Below are positions 20,933-31,387 of a DNA stretch of 64,000 nucleotides, in pieces. Every line of letters starts with the position of its first letter. The first letter of the stretch is position 1. The DNA comes from a virus: IMG/VR virus record IMGVR_UViG_3300000176_000001. One strand, given 5' to 3'. A program made the position numbers and the translations under genes. The notes below the pieces were generated by a model. That model had not been told where the DNA came from. It worked only from the letters and a program-made list of their open reading frames with translations, and did no database searches.

Positions 20933-21656
20933 TCCACATTATCACTTCCATCGTACCATCGAGGTGCTCGACTATAGCGCTACAGGTCTCACACCAGTCG
21001 CCACAGTTTATATATGTAATTCCGTCGATGTCACGTATGTTTGGATGATGAATGTGTCCACAGATTATACCGTCTGCTCCCTTGCTATTAGCATAGGATG
21101 TTAGGTTCTCTTCGTAGTCTCCTATAAAGTTGACTGCAGTCTTTACTTTGTACTTTGCCCACGCGCTAAGTGACCAGTATGGTCTACCTAGCATGGTTCT
21201 AAGCTTTGATAGTAAGACATTGATGTCGATAGTCACGTCATATGCCCAGCTACCAAGATGTGATAGCCACTTCATATTGTTTACTACGACATCAAACTGG
21301 TCACCGTGCATGACCAGATACTTCTTACCATCTACACCGATGTAAATATCTTTATCTACGAGTGATATCTCACCGAATGTAGTGTCACAGAAACTGCGTA
21401 AGAACTCGTCATGGTTACCAGGAAGATATACTATCTTAGTGCCCTTACGAGCCTTACGCATTAATTTCTGTATGACGTCATTATGCTCTTGTGGCCAGTA
21501 GAAGCTTTTGTGCATCGCCCAGCCGTCGATAATATCACCAACAAGATATAAGGTATCGCACTCAAATGATTTAAGAAAGTCTAATAGAAATCTAGACTGG
21601 CTCATCTTAGTTCCAAGATGAGTGTCAGATATAAAGACGGTGCGATACCTATTCAC
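20898..21656 (-). CDS. LpxH-like calcineurin-type metallophosphoesterase
   Basis: SDTHLG, GDIIDGW, GNHDE, HGD, GHIH, GDW. Confidence 0.88.
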   Translation of the reverse strand: MNRYRTVFISDTHLGTKMSQSRFLLDFLKSFECDTLYLVGDIIDGWAMHKSFYWPQEHNDVIQKLMRKARKGTKIVYLPGNHDEFLRSFCDTTFGEISLVDKDIYIGVDGKKYLVMHGDQFDVVVNNMKWLSHLGSWAYDVTIDINVLLSKLRTMLGRPYWSLSAWAKYKVKTAVNFIGDYEENLTSYANSKGADGIICGHIHHPNIRDIDGITYINCGDWCETCSAIVEHLDGTMEVIMWNELRESMDVQQ

Positions 21657-21919
21657 GAGTATTACTCTTCGTCTTCTTCGTCGAGCTCTTCCTCATCTTC
21701 TTCATCGTAGTCTGACTCTTCAATAGTCATATTAGCTTCGATTTCATCATGAGCGGTATCAAATGCATCATCCATACCGACTACGTCGCCGAAGTCGTCT
21801 TCACCTTCAGAGATGAAGAGGTTGATTAGGTCGTGGTAAATGTTAGTACGTTGAGCTTCATCATCAACAGTGTCCTTAAGAATGTTGATGAGGTCTTCCA
21901 TTTCTATGTCGGCCATTTG

Positions 21920-22723
21920 TTACTCCTTACATTGCTTTTTCTTGTCGTCTGCGAGAGTCTTGAGATCCGTGTCTGGGACCTTGTTCTTCACTGTCTTAGC
22001 ATCAGGAATAGAGAATGTGATACCGCTTGCCTTCTCTACGTCAGCAACCGTCACCTGGTATTTAGTGAAATCGGCGTCTAGTCCATCTTTGTGTGGAAAC
22101 AAAAATGCATATGTCTGCTTAGTAGTGTCATCGGTAACAATCTTAAATAGATAGTCAGGCACTGCAACTTTATTAAGGCCAATTGTCTTACCATTAGCCG
22201 AGTAGATATTACCAGCAATGATAGTGAATGGATGCTTAAGCTTATAGACCCATGCGCGCTCTGCAGACTCAAGGTTCTTCCATGTACCACGATTAACTGA
22301 CGGTAATTGCGGGCTCATGTTAGACATGTAGAACGACTCGTGTTCAACTTGTGGATCCCATGACATGTCTGCATCATTAGCTAGATGACCTTGGTCATAA
22401 CCAGATCCTGCATAGTCTGCAGGAGTAGCGTGACCTACTGTCAGAAGAGACTGGTCAGTTGCGAAAGCATTAGTACGAGGAACACAACCGATGGCATGGT
22501 CAGGTGTAAGTGTCCATGCGACCCAATTAGGAATCTTAGCAACTGGATCGGACTCAAGTATATAAGCATTACGACAAATAACAGGATGACCTGCGACCGT
22601 AGACGGCTGTCCGTAGGGTACCTGTACTTTACAAGTATCAACTGGTTTTGGTGGCTGTTGATCAGCGGCATATGCTGATGCAGCGACTAATAGACTAAAG
22701 AGAAAAACCTTTAAACGAATCAT
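21920..22723 (-). CDS. Secreted DNA/RNA non-specific endonuclease (NucA/Serratia family)
   Basis: Signal peptide ending AYA; YDQGHL (DRGH variant), SNMSPQ, NRGTWKNLE. Confidence 0.88.
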   Translation of the reverse strand: MIRLKVFLFSLLVAASAYAADQQPPKPVDTCKVQVPYGQPSTVAGHPVICRNAYILESDPVAKIPNWVAWTLTPDHAIGCVPRTNAFATDQSLLTVGHATPADYAGSGYDQGHLANDADMSWDPQVEHESFYMSNMSPQLPSVNRGTWKNLESAERAWVYKLKHPFTIIAGNIYSANGKTIGLNKVAVPDYLFKIVTDDTTKQTYAFLFPHKDGLDADFTKYQVTVADVEKASGITFSIPDAKTVKNKVPDTDLKTLADDKKKQCKE

Positions 22724-23816
22724 TATTAACATCCTTCTTAACGCCACCGCCAATATAGCTGGTGATCTCAGTTTCTTGTGGAGCTACTTGAACTTCAGCG
22801 CCGCTGATCCACTTCTGCGTCCACGGCAGAGGATTAGACCCGGTTTTGTATGGACAAGGAAGACCTACTGCAGTCATTCTCTTATGTCCTATCCACTCTA
22901 TATATTCAACCAAAAGAGCTTCATTTAAACCTATCATTGAGCCATCTTTAAATAGATAGTTAGCCCATGCCTTCTCTTGATCAACCGCATCAACAAACAT
23001 CTTGATGCACTCATCCTTTGTCTCTTCACGTATCTTAGCAAAGTCAGGATCATCAGTCGGTAGTACCTTAAGTAGTTGTTGTGTACCTGCAAGATGAAGG
23101 TTCTCATCGCGAGCGATCAGCTTGATGATCTTAGCGTTGCCCTCCATCTTCTTTACCTCAGCAAAAGCCCAAGAGCAGGCAAAGCTGACATAGAAGCGAA
23201 CACCTTCTAGAATATTAACTGACATAAGAGTAAGCCAGAGAGCTTTCTTGTGTTTATAAAGATCACTATAATCTGAAATACCAGCATCTATTTTATATCC
23301 ACTCAATTCGTGGAAATTGTTCAACATAATCAACTTGTCGTAGTACTTGCTGATGTCGCCGGCGCAGTCTACAATCTCTTTCATGTCCATCATTCCGTCG
23401 AATATAACCGACGGGTCAGCGTATACGTTCCGAATGATGTGAGTGTAACTGCGTGAGTGTATAGATTCGCTGAATGCCCATGTAAGGATCCAATTCTCGA
23501 GTTCAGGAAGTGAGCAGATAGGACTGAATGCTGCTGTTGGTGCGCGCCCTTGAACGGAGTCGAGAAGGATCTGTCGCTTGAGATTAGAGGTAAAGATGTG
23601 CTGCTCATGCTTTGTCAATGCCTTAAAGTCTTTAGCGTCACGAAACACGTCGATCTCTTCTGGTCTCCAAAAGAAGCCAAGTTGTGACTGTGTAAGCTTC
23701 TCAAGGAAGGGATACTTCTGCTTATCGTAACGCGCGATAGTTACAGGGTCGTCAAAGAATGCCTTGACTTTAGTTGGATCTTTGTGATTAGTCGCATCGA
23801 ATACTGACATCACCAT
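22695..23816 (-). CDS. nrdB: Ribonucleotide reductase class Ia beta subunit
   Basis: FFWRPEE, ESIHSRSYTH, EGVRFYVSF, DENLH, VAPQETE. Confidence 0.97.
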   Translation of the reverse strand: MVMSVFDATNHKDPTKVKAFFDDPVTIARYDKQKYPFLEKLTQSQLGFFWRPEEIDVFRDAKDFKALTKHEQHIFTSNLKRQILLDSVQGRAPTAAFSPICSLPELENWILTWAFSESIHSRSYTHIIRNVYADPSVIFDGMMDMKEIVDCAGDISKYYDKLIMLNNFHELSGYKIDAGISDYSDLYKHKKALWLTLMSVNILEGVRFYVSFACSWAFAEVKKMEGNAKIIKLIARDENLHLAGTQQLLKVLPTDDPDFAKIREETKDECIKMFVDAVDQEKAWANYLFKDGSMIGLNEALLVEYIEWIGHKRMTAVGLPCPYKTGSNPLPWTQKWISGAEVQVAPQETEITSYIGGGVKKDVNNDSFKGFSL

Positions 23817-24204
23817 CTCCCATCGTCTATAAACATATAAAACTTAATAAAACCTAACTTCACAATTAAGTCGAGTACTAATCCAGGATCTTGATCACTC
23901 TGTGTACTATAGTCAAAGTAAAATGACCATCTAGATGGATTTAGTAGAATAGTGATAATGATGTCAGAGTTTTTTAGGTAGTCAACCAGTTTTGTCATCG
24001 AGAATTGGTTTTTCATATTTTCTTCCATAAGTAAAGTTTTGATCGAGTCTCACGTCTTTGTTACTCCAGGTCCAGCACTCACCTGTATCATTCTGAAAAC
24101 ATACCCAGAGTAGATCATGCTCCATGCCATAGTCGATGACAAAGTGAGCCCATGCTTTTCCCTTTGGTGTCCAGAAACACAAGGGTACGTCCAGTTGTTT
24201 CATC

Positions 24205-24576
24205 TTAGAATCCTAATCCGTTGTCGCAGACATCGTTGTAGTTACAGGTTATCTCCTCACCAGCCATGATGTCTCTAGCTGCATAATGTATATATTTAGT
24301 AAAACAATCAAGGTTAGGATCTTCACTATGATTTATAAACCTAACATTGTCTGCAAACATGATAAACTTCTTAAGTGTTTTATCATAGCAGTACATCCAT
24401 GTGATCGTCTCTCTAGTTAGATCATCATATGGATAGTCTTCAGGATCAGGTAACCAACCATCAATGATAGGATCGTGCACCCACACGAGTGCACCTTCCC
24501 TAATATCTTGGTCTGCAAAGAGACCAATACCACGACCATCTACTTCAGCTAAGTATGTTCTAACCTTTAGTGTCAT
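24205..24576 (-). CDS. SET-domain protein (putative lysine methyltransferase)
   Basis: GRGIGLFA, RFINHSEDPN, ARDI.AGEEITCNY. Confidence 0.9.
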   Translation of the reverse strand: MTLKVRTYLAEVDGRGIGLFADQDIREGALVWVHDPIIDGWLPDPEDYPYDDLTRETITWMYCYDKTLKKFIMFADNVRFINHSEDPNLDCFTKYIHYAARDIMAGEEITCNYNDVCDNGLGF

Positions 24577-26849
24577 ATCTTACAGGCCTCGCAAGATTCA
24601 TCGTCTACCTCACCGAGTGGAGACCCTAGATCAATCTCGCCTGCCTGATCGTTTGTGTTAAAGTAGTAAAGTTGTTTTCCACCATATTTATAGAACATCA
24701 GCATGTGCTGCAGCATAGTAGACATAGGTATCTGCTCCTCATCATAGAACTTAGGGTTGTATGATGTGTTTACTGATATTCCCTGATCGATAAACTTTTG
24801 CAGCACGCTAGCGATCTTAATATAGCCTTCCGGGGAAACTTGCTCCCAAAGCAGATCGTACTTTCTCTTAAGACGTCTAATTTCTGGTACGACTTGCTTG
24901 AGAACACCGTCTTTGCTCTGCTTAACAGTGATGAGAGACCTAACCGGCTCGATGCCGTTCGTCGAGTTTGATATCTGAGCAGAGGTCTCCGCTGGCATGA
25001 GTGCCATGAGGGTGGAGTTACGAATGCCATACTGTTTAGCCCTTTCACGTAGTATATTCCAATCCAACTTGTAATCAGGAGTTACAAGTTCATCTACTTC
25101 TCTCTTATAGGTATCGATAGGCATGATGCCCTGGGAGTACTTGGTCTGGTTAGACTTAGAAGGAGCTCCCTTTTCAGCTGCGAGATCAATCGAGGCTTTA
25201 ATGAGATAGTAAGACCAAGCTTCGGCGTACTCATGTATCTTCTTTAAACCTTCAGTATCGATATGCTGATAAGTGAGATCATTGCGAGCCAACCAATAAG
25301 CGAGATTAATAATGCCAACACCAAGGGGTCTTCGTGCCATGGTTGAGTTTCTGGCTGCAAGGACAGGATAGTCTTGATAACTAAGTAGCTCATCGAGAGC
25401 ACGGACAATAAGAGTACAAGGACGCTCAAAATCATTTGGATCTTTAATCTTTCCCCAATTAATTGCTGCGAGTGTGCATAGTGAGATCTCACCGTCAGGA
25501 TCATTAAGATCATTGAGTGGCTTAGTAGGCAAGTCGATCTCTGAGCACAGGTTGCTCATGCGAATAGGTGCTAACTCCTTGATAAAGGAGCCGTGATCAT
25601 TTGCATGATCTACGTTTTGTAGGTAGATGCGACCTGTATCCTTACGCTCTTGCATGAACGCAGAGAATAAGTCGATAGCCGATACTACTTTCTTTCTTAT
25701 CTTTGTCGAGCGCTCGTACTTTTCATAGAGTTCTTTAAACTTGTCCACGTCAGTAAAGAACGCATCGTATAGATCAGGTACGTCAGAAGGGCTGAATAGA
25801 GTAATATTGCCGCCTGTAAGCAGACGTTCATATAAAACTCGGTTGAACTGTACTCCGTAATCAAGGTGTCTAACACGATTATCCTCCGTTCCTTTGTTGT
25901 TTTTTAATACTAAAATGTCTTCTACTTCCAGATGCCATGCAGGATAGTAAAGAGTAGCTGCACCGCCTCGTACGCCTCCTTGGCTGCAAGACTTAACTGC
26001 TGACTGAAAATGTTTATAGAACGGAATAACGCCAGTGTGAGACGCGTCACCACTACGAATAGGACTACCAACAGCGCGAATGCGACCTGCACCAATGCCA
26101 ATACCAGCTTTTTGAGAAACGTACTTAACAATCGAAGAGCTCGTGGCATTAATAGAGTCAAGGCTGTCGTCTGTCTCGATAAGAACACAAGAGCTAAATT
26201 GCTTTTGTGGTGTACGTAGTCCAGCCATGATTGGCGTAGGAAGCGATATCTCGAAATTAGAAACTGAGTCATATAGTTCTTTAATCCATTTTAAGCGGTC
26301 TTCCTTATAGTCTCTAAAGAGCACCATTGCGATGAGCATAAAAGTCATCTGAGGTGTCTCGTAGTATTTACCAGTAACACGATTTTTGACTAGGTACTTA
26401 CCACGAAACTGTTCCATACCAGCATACGTAAGAGTGAAATCGCGCTTATGATCAATATAGCTGTTGAGTAATCGCAGATCGTCTGGTCCGTACCATGATA
26501 GGATCTCAGGGTCATAATATCCTCCATCAACAACTTGTTTAATATGAGTAGCAAGATCAATTGGATTAAAATCACCGTATACTTCCTTTCTCAAGTTGTA
26601 ATTAATTAAGTTGCCAGCGACATATTGATAATTAGGTGTATCCTCAGAGATAAGATCTGCGGCTGCCTTGATGAGTGTCTCTTGAATATCAGTGGTCTTC
26701 ATACCATTAAAGAACTGGATCTGAGACTTAATCTCGATCTCACTCTCTGATACTCCTGTTATACCCTCGCATGCCCACTCTACGACTTTATGAAATTTAT
26801 TGAGGTCTAATGCTTCTTTTGTTCCGTTTCTTTTTACTACCGATATCAT
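24573..26849 (-). CDS. nrdA: Ribonucleotide reductase class Ia alpha subunit with ATP cone
   Basis: VVKRNG ATP cone, FSSCVL, SNLCSEI, C-terminal CEACKI. Confidence 0.98.
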   Translation of the reverse strand: MISVVKRNGTKEALDLNKFHKVVEWACEGITGVSESEIEIKSQIQFFNGMKTTDIQETLIKAAADLISEDTPNYQYVAGNLINYNLRKEVYGDFNPIDLATHIKQVVDGGYYDPEILSWYGPDDLRLLNSYIDHKRDFTLTYAGMEQFRGKYLVKNRVTGKYYETPQMTFMLIAMVLFRDYKEDRLKWIKELYDSVSNFEISLPTPIMAGLRTPQKQFSSCVLIETDDSLDSINATSSSIVKYVSQKAGIGIGAGRIRAVGSPIRSGDASHTGVIPFYKHFQSAVKSCSQGGVRGGAATLYYPAWHLEVEDILVLKNNKGTEDNRVRHLDYGVQFNRVLYERLLTGGNITLFSPSDVPDLYDAFFTDVDKFKELYEKYERSTKIRKKVVSAIDLFSAFMQERKDTGRIYLQNVDHANDHGSFIKELAPIRMSNLCSEIDLPTKPLNDLNDPDGEISLCTLAAINWGKIKDPNDFERPCTLIVRALDELLSYQDYPVLAARNSTMARRPLGVGIINLAYWLARNDLTYQHIDTEGLKKIHEYAEAWSYYLIKASIDLAAEKGAPSKSNQTKYSQGIMPIDTYKREVDELVTPDYKLDWNILRERAKQYGIRNSTLMALMPAETSAQISNSTNGIEPVRSLITVKQSKDGVLKQVVPEIRRLKRKYDLLWEQVSPEGYIKIASVLQKFIDQGISVNTSYNPKFYDEEQIPMSTMLQHMLMFYKYGGKQLYYFNTNDQAGEIDLGSPLGEVDDESCEACKI

Positions 26850-26858
26850 CTTATCTCC

Positions 26859-27515
26859 TTATACGACCTCTAGTGTATCCTTTAACGAGGGAAACTCTGC
26901 TGTTATTTGATACCACGCATCCCTTGCTATTTCTCTATGTTCTTTCTGTGTACCATTACCCATGCGTAGCTCACAATAGTGTATCCAACTTCTAAGAGAA
27001 CCAGCCATGTAAAGACGAGAAGAAGTAAGACCTTCTGGCAATACTGCACGAGCTTGTTCTTTTGCAATACCATTTTTAATTGCCCATTCATATGCAAGAT
27101 TTGCTTTTCTCAATACTTCTTTTTGAGCATTATTCCAAAGACTGTCAAGAGCATCATCGTCTACTTCGATGGAGTTCTGTCTGTTCTTAGTATCTTGGAG
27201 ACGGGCTTCACGAGTGACGAACCCGAGGTCTTTCGTTGGGTCCGCATATCTTTGGCTAAATTCTTGGAAAGAAAAGCTACGGTGGCGTAAAATTTGTCGA
27301 GCGATATCACGAGTTGTATTAATCTCCATGACTATGTGCACCATCTCAAATGGTGACCAGTGCTTATTCTTAATAAGATACTTCAGCAGTTTCTGCGATG
27401 TCTCTTTGTTATTTTGATTAGATGGGTTAGATACACGAGCTACATATGATATGAACTCATCCACACCTAGTCCGCTTGTTGGTCTCGTCACACCTATAAT
27501 ATTCGCTGTATTCAT
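26859..27515 (-). CDS. thyX: Flavin-dependent thymidylate synthase
   Basis: HWSPFE, RHRSFSFQEFSQRY, TQKEHR. Confidence 0.97.
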   Translation of the reverse strand: MNTANIIGVTRPTSGLGVDEFISYVARVSNPSNQNNKETSQKLLKYLIKNKHWSPFEMVHIVMEINTTRDIARQILRHRSFSFQEFSQRYADPTKDLGFVTREARLQDTKNRQNSIEVDDDALDSLWNNAQKEVLRKANLAYEWAIKNGIAKEQARAVLPEGLTSSRLYMAGSLRSWIHYCELRMGNGTQKEHREIARDAWYQITAEFPSLKDTLEVV

Positions 27516-28534
27516 CTCTTACTCCATTTAGTGAGAGCCATCTTAGCTGCTAGGTCTTTATATGTATTTTGGTCTATTATATATCTGATAAACTCTGCGC
27601 TGAGGCCCGATTTTACCATATCATTAACATCTTTATGCTCTAAATTTTCAGGCCATATACAGACCTTAAAACCTTGCATAATAGCTTTATCGATCTTCTT
27701 TATCGTATCTTTAGATCTTGGCTCGTTGTCATACACAACGACGGCGTTTGATTTGTAAGCACTAGGTAGTGCGGAAACAATATCACCACCAGCAGTAGCG
27801 ATACTATTAGGAATAAACATACTATCGATAGGACCTTCCAAAACATAAAATCCAATATCGAAGTTAACCGTGTCCAACCCATATAGCTTCTCCACACTCT
27901 CGTCCAATACTATAGTTATGTACTTTACACCAGTGCTCTTTAAAGACCTGCCTTGAATAGCGTGAACCTTACCTTCCTTGTTAATAAAAGGAATAAGTAA
28001 GCGTGTCTCATCATGGTCTAGCGACTCCTTAGAGAACTTGTCAGGTACTAAGTCATTAACAAAAGCGTAGAAGTTTGGGCACTTAAACATCTTAGCATGA
28101 TACGGATTAGGTATCATACGATTGACGACATACTTTTTTAATGGATCATCAGGAGATAGCTGGCTGATCTTCTTGAGGCCTTTCAATATACCTTCCTTAC
28201 GGAATACAGGCGGCTTCATCTTGTTTACGAATGTCTCTAAGTCGACCTGTTCAGGAGTCTTATTCTGGCTGATCTTCTCCATGTTATACTCATTGTATAA
28301 CCCCTGGTCAAGCATCTTGATGAACTTAGGCACACCCATAGACACTTCACAGTTGAAGCAATGGAATACACCATGCCCCTGCTTGTCATAGATCCAACCT
28401 CTGGCCTTGTACTTACTAGACTGTGAGTCCCCGCAGACTGGGCAGCGGAAGTTAAACTTACCTGATGATTTTCGTGTGAATCTGTCTAGCCGGTGTGACA
28501 ACATACCGACGTATTTCTGGTCTAACCAGTTCAT
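27512..28534 (-). CDS. DNA primase (T4 gp61-like)
   Basis: CPVCGDS...HCFNC zinc finger, EGPIDS, DNEPR, KDVND. Confidence 0.95.
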   Translation of the reverse strand: MNWLDQKYVGMLSHRLDRFTRKSSGKFNFRCPVCGDSQSSKYKARGWIYDKQGHGVFHCFNCEVSMGVPKFIKMLDQGLYNEYNMEKISQNKTPEQVDLETFVNKMKPPVFRKEGILKGLKKISQLSPDDPLKKYVVNRMIPNPYHAKMFKCPNFYAFVNDLVPDKFSKESLDHDETRLLIPFINKEGKVHAIQGRSLKSTGVKYITIVLDESVEKLYGLDTVNFDIGFYVLEGPIDSMFIPNSIATAGGDIVSALPSAYKSNAVVVYDNEPRSKDTIKKIDKAIMQGFKVCIWPENLEHKDVNDMVKSGLSAEFIRYIIDQNTYKDLAAKMALTKWSKR

Positions 28535-28797
28535 GTTTACTCTCCAATATAGTCCTATTATACACTAATCGAAGGATTTGTAAACAATTATTTTATGGGG
28601 CGACGAACTTAAATCCTGTGATAATGTCGTCGATGTCATTATGTATATACACAATGATCGTGCCTGGATCCTCGCTAACGAGGCCGATTCCATCCGGCCA
28701 TGGTAGTGTCTGGCAACCTACTGATGCTGAGAATGCATCAATCTCTTGGGATGACTCGGCAAATGTCTTACCGATAAGATGTGCTAGCTTTTCCATA

Positions 28798-29202
28798 TTA
28801 ATGTCCTAATATCTTGAAGTAATTTGCTACGTACGATAATAACCAAACACCAACCATACCACCACCGATAGCCATCCATATAAACTGCTCCATCTTGGAT
28901 ATCTTACTAGACATCTCTTGGTGCTGCTTATTTGACTCTGCTCTAAGGATATGGATCTCGTCTAAAATCTTATTGTCCTGCTCTCTCATCGTATTATACA
29001 CATCATCTATTTGTTTGTCCATCTGTACTCTACGCTGCTCGACTATGTCTTCCATATAGTCTTGCTGCTTATCGTGTTGTGATAATCTCTGCTCGTGTAC
29101 TGCAAGCATACTCTTGAGATCGACTGACACCTCTGTCAATCTCTGCATCCAGCTATCTATCTTATCAAATCTATTGTTGATCCATCCGCTATCTTCAACC
29201 AT
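28798..29202 (-). CDS. Coiled-coil protein with C-terminal membrane anchor
   Basis: LAVHEQRL heptads followed by a hydrophobic C-terminus. Confidence 0.6.
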   Translation of the reverse strand: MVEDSGWINNRFDKIDSWMQRLTEVSVDLKSMLAVHEQRLSQHDKQQDYMEDIVEQRRVQMDKQIDDVYNTMREQDNKILDEIHILRAESNKQHQEMSSKISKMEQFIWMAIGGGMVGVWLLSYVANYFKILGH

Positions 29203-29352
29203 TTGGAACTAGCCTTTTAACCATAGGTGTAGGGGCTATGTCACGTAGTTTCTTTTTCTTCTCTCTCTGGAGAATAGGATCGATAGTCTGTATCGGTCCT
29301 GAAGTAGAACTCGATGGGCCCATAGCATTTGCTGGTACTGCGGATTCAGTCA

Positions 29353-29748
29353 TTATAGTTTCCTTAATGCGTCGATTATTCGTTCATCCATCGGTATCAT
29401 ACTTAAGTCTATGTTGTCTTCGTCTTTAATATTGTATATTCGATCTGGCATAATATTTAATAGAATCAAAAAAGGCTTAACGTAACTAAATTGTGCTTTC
29501 ATCTTTAAGTATAATATACGGCAAAGATGCTCAGCTGTAAAAACGTTACAGAGAATGATGACGTGATTGAGTATTAACCTCTCCTTCAAGTCTCCATTCT
29601 CTATGTATCTTGTCAATAATTTCTTGATATATCTAATTCGCTTTAGATCCTCAACGAACTCTTCAGTAGAGTAGCACTGTGGATTATCATAATGTTTGGC
29701 GCAATATATTAAAAAGTTATCATCAGTCAATCTCTCATAATTCATCAC
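29353..29748 (-). CDS. Hypothetical T4-like protein
   Basis: YDNPQC...EF.EDLKR..YIK, ERLILNH. Confidence 0.7.
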   Translation of the reverse strand: MMNYERLTDDNFLIYCAKHYDNPQCYSTEEFVEDLKRIRYIKKLLTRYIENGDLKERLILNHVIILCNVFTAEHLCRILYLKMKAQFSYVKPFLILLNIMPDRIYNIKDEDNIDLSMIPMDERIIDALRKL

Positions 29749-30155
29749 TGTACCATAATTAGAATGCAGAGTCTAACGGAACTCTCTTCCAAATATTTTG
29801 TGAAACACAAACATAAAGATAGTTAAGATCGTGTTTTATTTGTCCGGCTGACCCTAAAGATACACTAGTAACCGGTACGTTATCAGTAGATACTGATACA
29901 CTAATTGCAGCAGTATTAGCATCTACATTAATGCTATCGCCAACCCTAACTATTCCGGGTTGAGTCGTATTAGCTATAGGAAAGTTATTTTGAGATAAAG
30001 CTAAACCGAGATTAGGTAGCAATATCGACTGCACGTTGGCAATCGGTGTTCCTGGCCCGGTGAGGACCACCACTCTGTCATTTGATGTCAGAGTAGTAGG
30101 TACACCGAGCTCAGATATTCTTTTTGAGTTATTCGCCATTATCTATAATCCAATC

Positions 30156-31106
30156 TTAGACGTATTGGTCAACGGTATTTGAAGATATAGAAGCAGGTGT
30201 ACCATACTTACCGTCGGTCTCACCGAGTGATCCCATTGCAACTAGTGTCTCATATTGTATACGACCTGCACGACCACCGGTTCCCTCTGTGCGTAGAACC
30301 CAACCAGCATGAGTTACTTGTGGAAGAACACTGTTAGTGTCGACATATCCAGTTGCTGTTGTACCATAGAAGCCAAAACCAGCAGCAGTTGTACTATTTC
30401 CGCTAGCTTTTGTCATTGCAATAGGTGTGCCACCTTGTGCAGTTGATATCTTAAATGCTGTTGTATTTGATAGTACGACATAATATGTACCACCACTAGT
30501 TAATCCACCAGGCAACGAAGATGCATTAGACGAGATAGTAAGCTGATCGTTTACAAGGAAGTAGCTATTAGCTGAAGTAAACGTGATCGTATCGTTGCTG
30601 ATCGCAGTATTACCATTAACTGCAAGAGTATTTGGAGGTGTGATTGTAATCGTAGGAGCGGTGACATAGCTGTTACCGCCAGCAGTGATATTGATTGCTG
30701 TTACTCTACCACCAGATACTTGAGCATTAGCAGCTGCACCAGATCCACCATTTGTAGAGACAAATGATACGTTTGCGTTTGCATTGTAGCCTGAACCACC
30801 GAATGTTACAAACGAGATAACTACGTTACCGCCTGTTGCTTGCATCTGAGCAGTGTTAACTGCAAACACGCCTACAGCCTTATTAGGTTGGAAAGCACCG
30901 ACCGTGGTGTTACCAAACATGTTAACGTCGGTATAAGCTCTCGAGCCAACCGATGTATTACCGAAGTGAGCATTTGCAGCATCTGCACGGTTAACCTGGT
31001 CGCCCTTGACCAAGGCGTAGGTTCCGATCGGTGCGCCGTTAGAAGTTTCTTTAGTCGTAGTGCTGTTGGCAGTAACACCTTGATCGTTTCTACCCCATTG
31101 TGCCAT
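30156..31106 (-). CDS. Probable virion structural protein (Gly/Asn/Thr-rich beta repeats)
   Basis: GGSGY and AGGNSY...P repeats; HAGWV...GRAGRIQYETLVAM. Confidence 0.65.
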   Translation of the reverse strand: MAQWGRNDQGVTANSTTTKETSNGAPIGTYALVKGDQVNRADAANAHFGNTSVGSRAYTDVNMFGNTTVGAFQPNKAVGVFAVNTAQMQATGGNVVISFVTFGGSGYNANANVSFVSTNGGSGAAANAQVSGGRVTAINITAGGNSYVTAPTITITPPNTLAVNGNTAISNDTITFTSANSYFLVNDQLTISSNASSLPGGLTSGGTYYVVLSNTTAFKISTAQGGTPIAMTKASGNSTTAAGFGFYGTTATGYVDTNSVLPQVTHAGWVLRTEGTGGRAGRIQYETLVAMGSLGETDGKYGTPASISSNTVDQYV

Positions 31107-31387
31107 TGTATTAGTCCTCCTAGAGAATTGGTTTTTATTATTTATTGTTCTTAAAGATTAGGCACCAGTCATGTCTATCATATACTTTGATGGTCTACGA
31201 TTTAATGTCTTTTTAATAGGCATTAATGCTCCTTCTTCTGGAGTAACGTACTTCGGCTTCACTGGATTCTTATTCTTTACAACTATAGATCCAGCATTTA
31301 AGGCTTTCTTATCTTTAGGTGGAGTTGCTGCTTTAGCAGGCTGCTCAACCTTAGGTGCTTGAACTATAGTGTTAGCATTAAGTGCCA

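Noticed and set aside
24573-26849. Introns or inteins in nrdA (also checked nrdB, polymerase, helicase, uvsX)
   Set aside because: The ORFs are continuous, of normal length, and show no splicing motifs.
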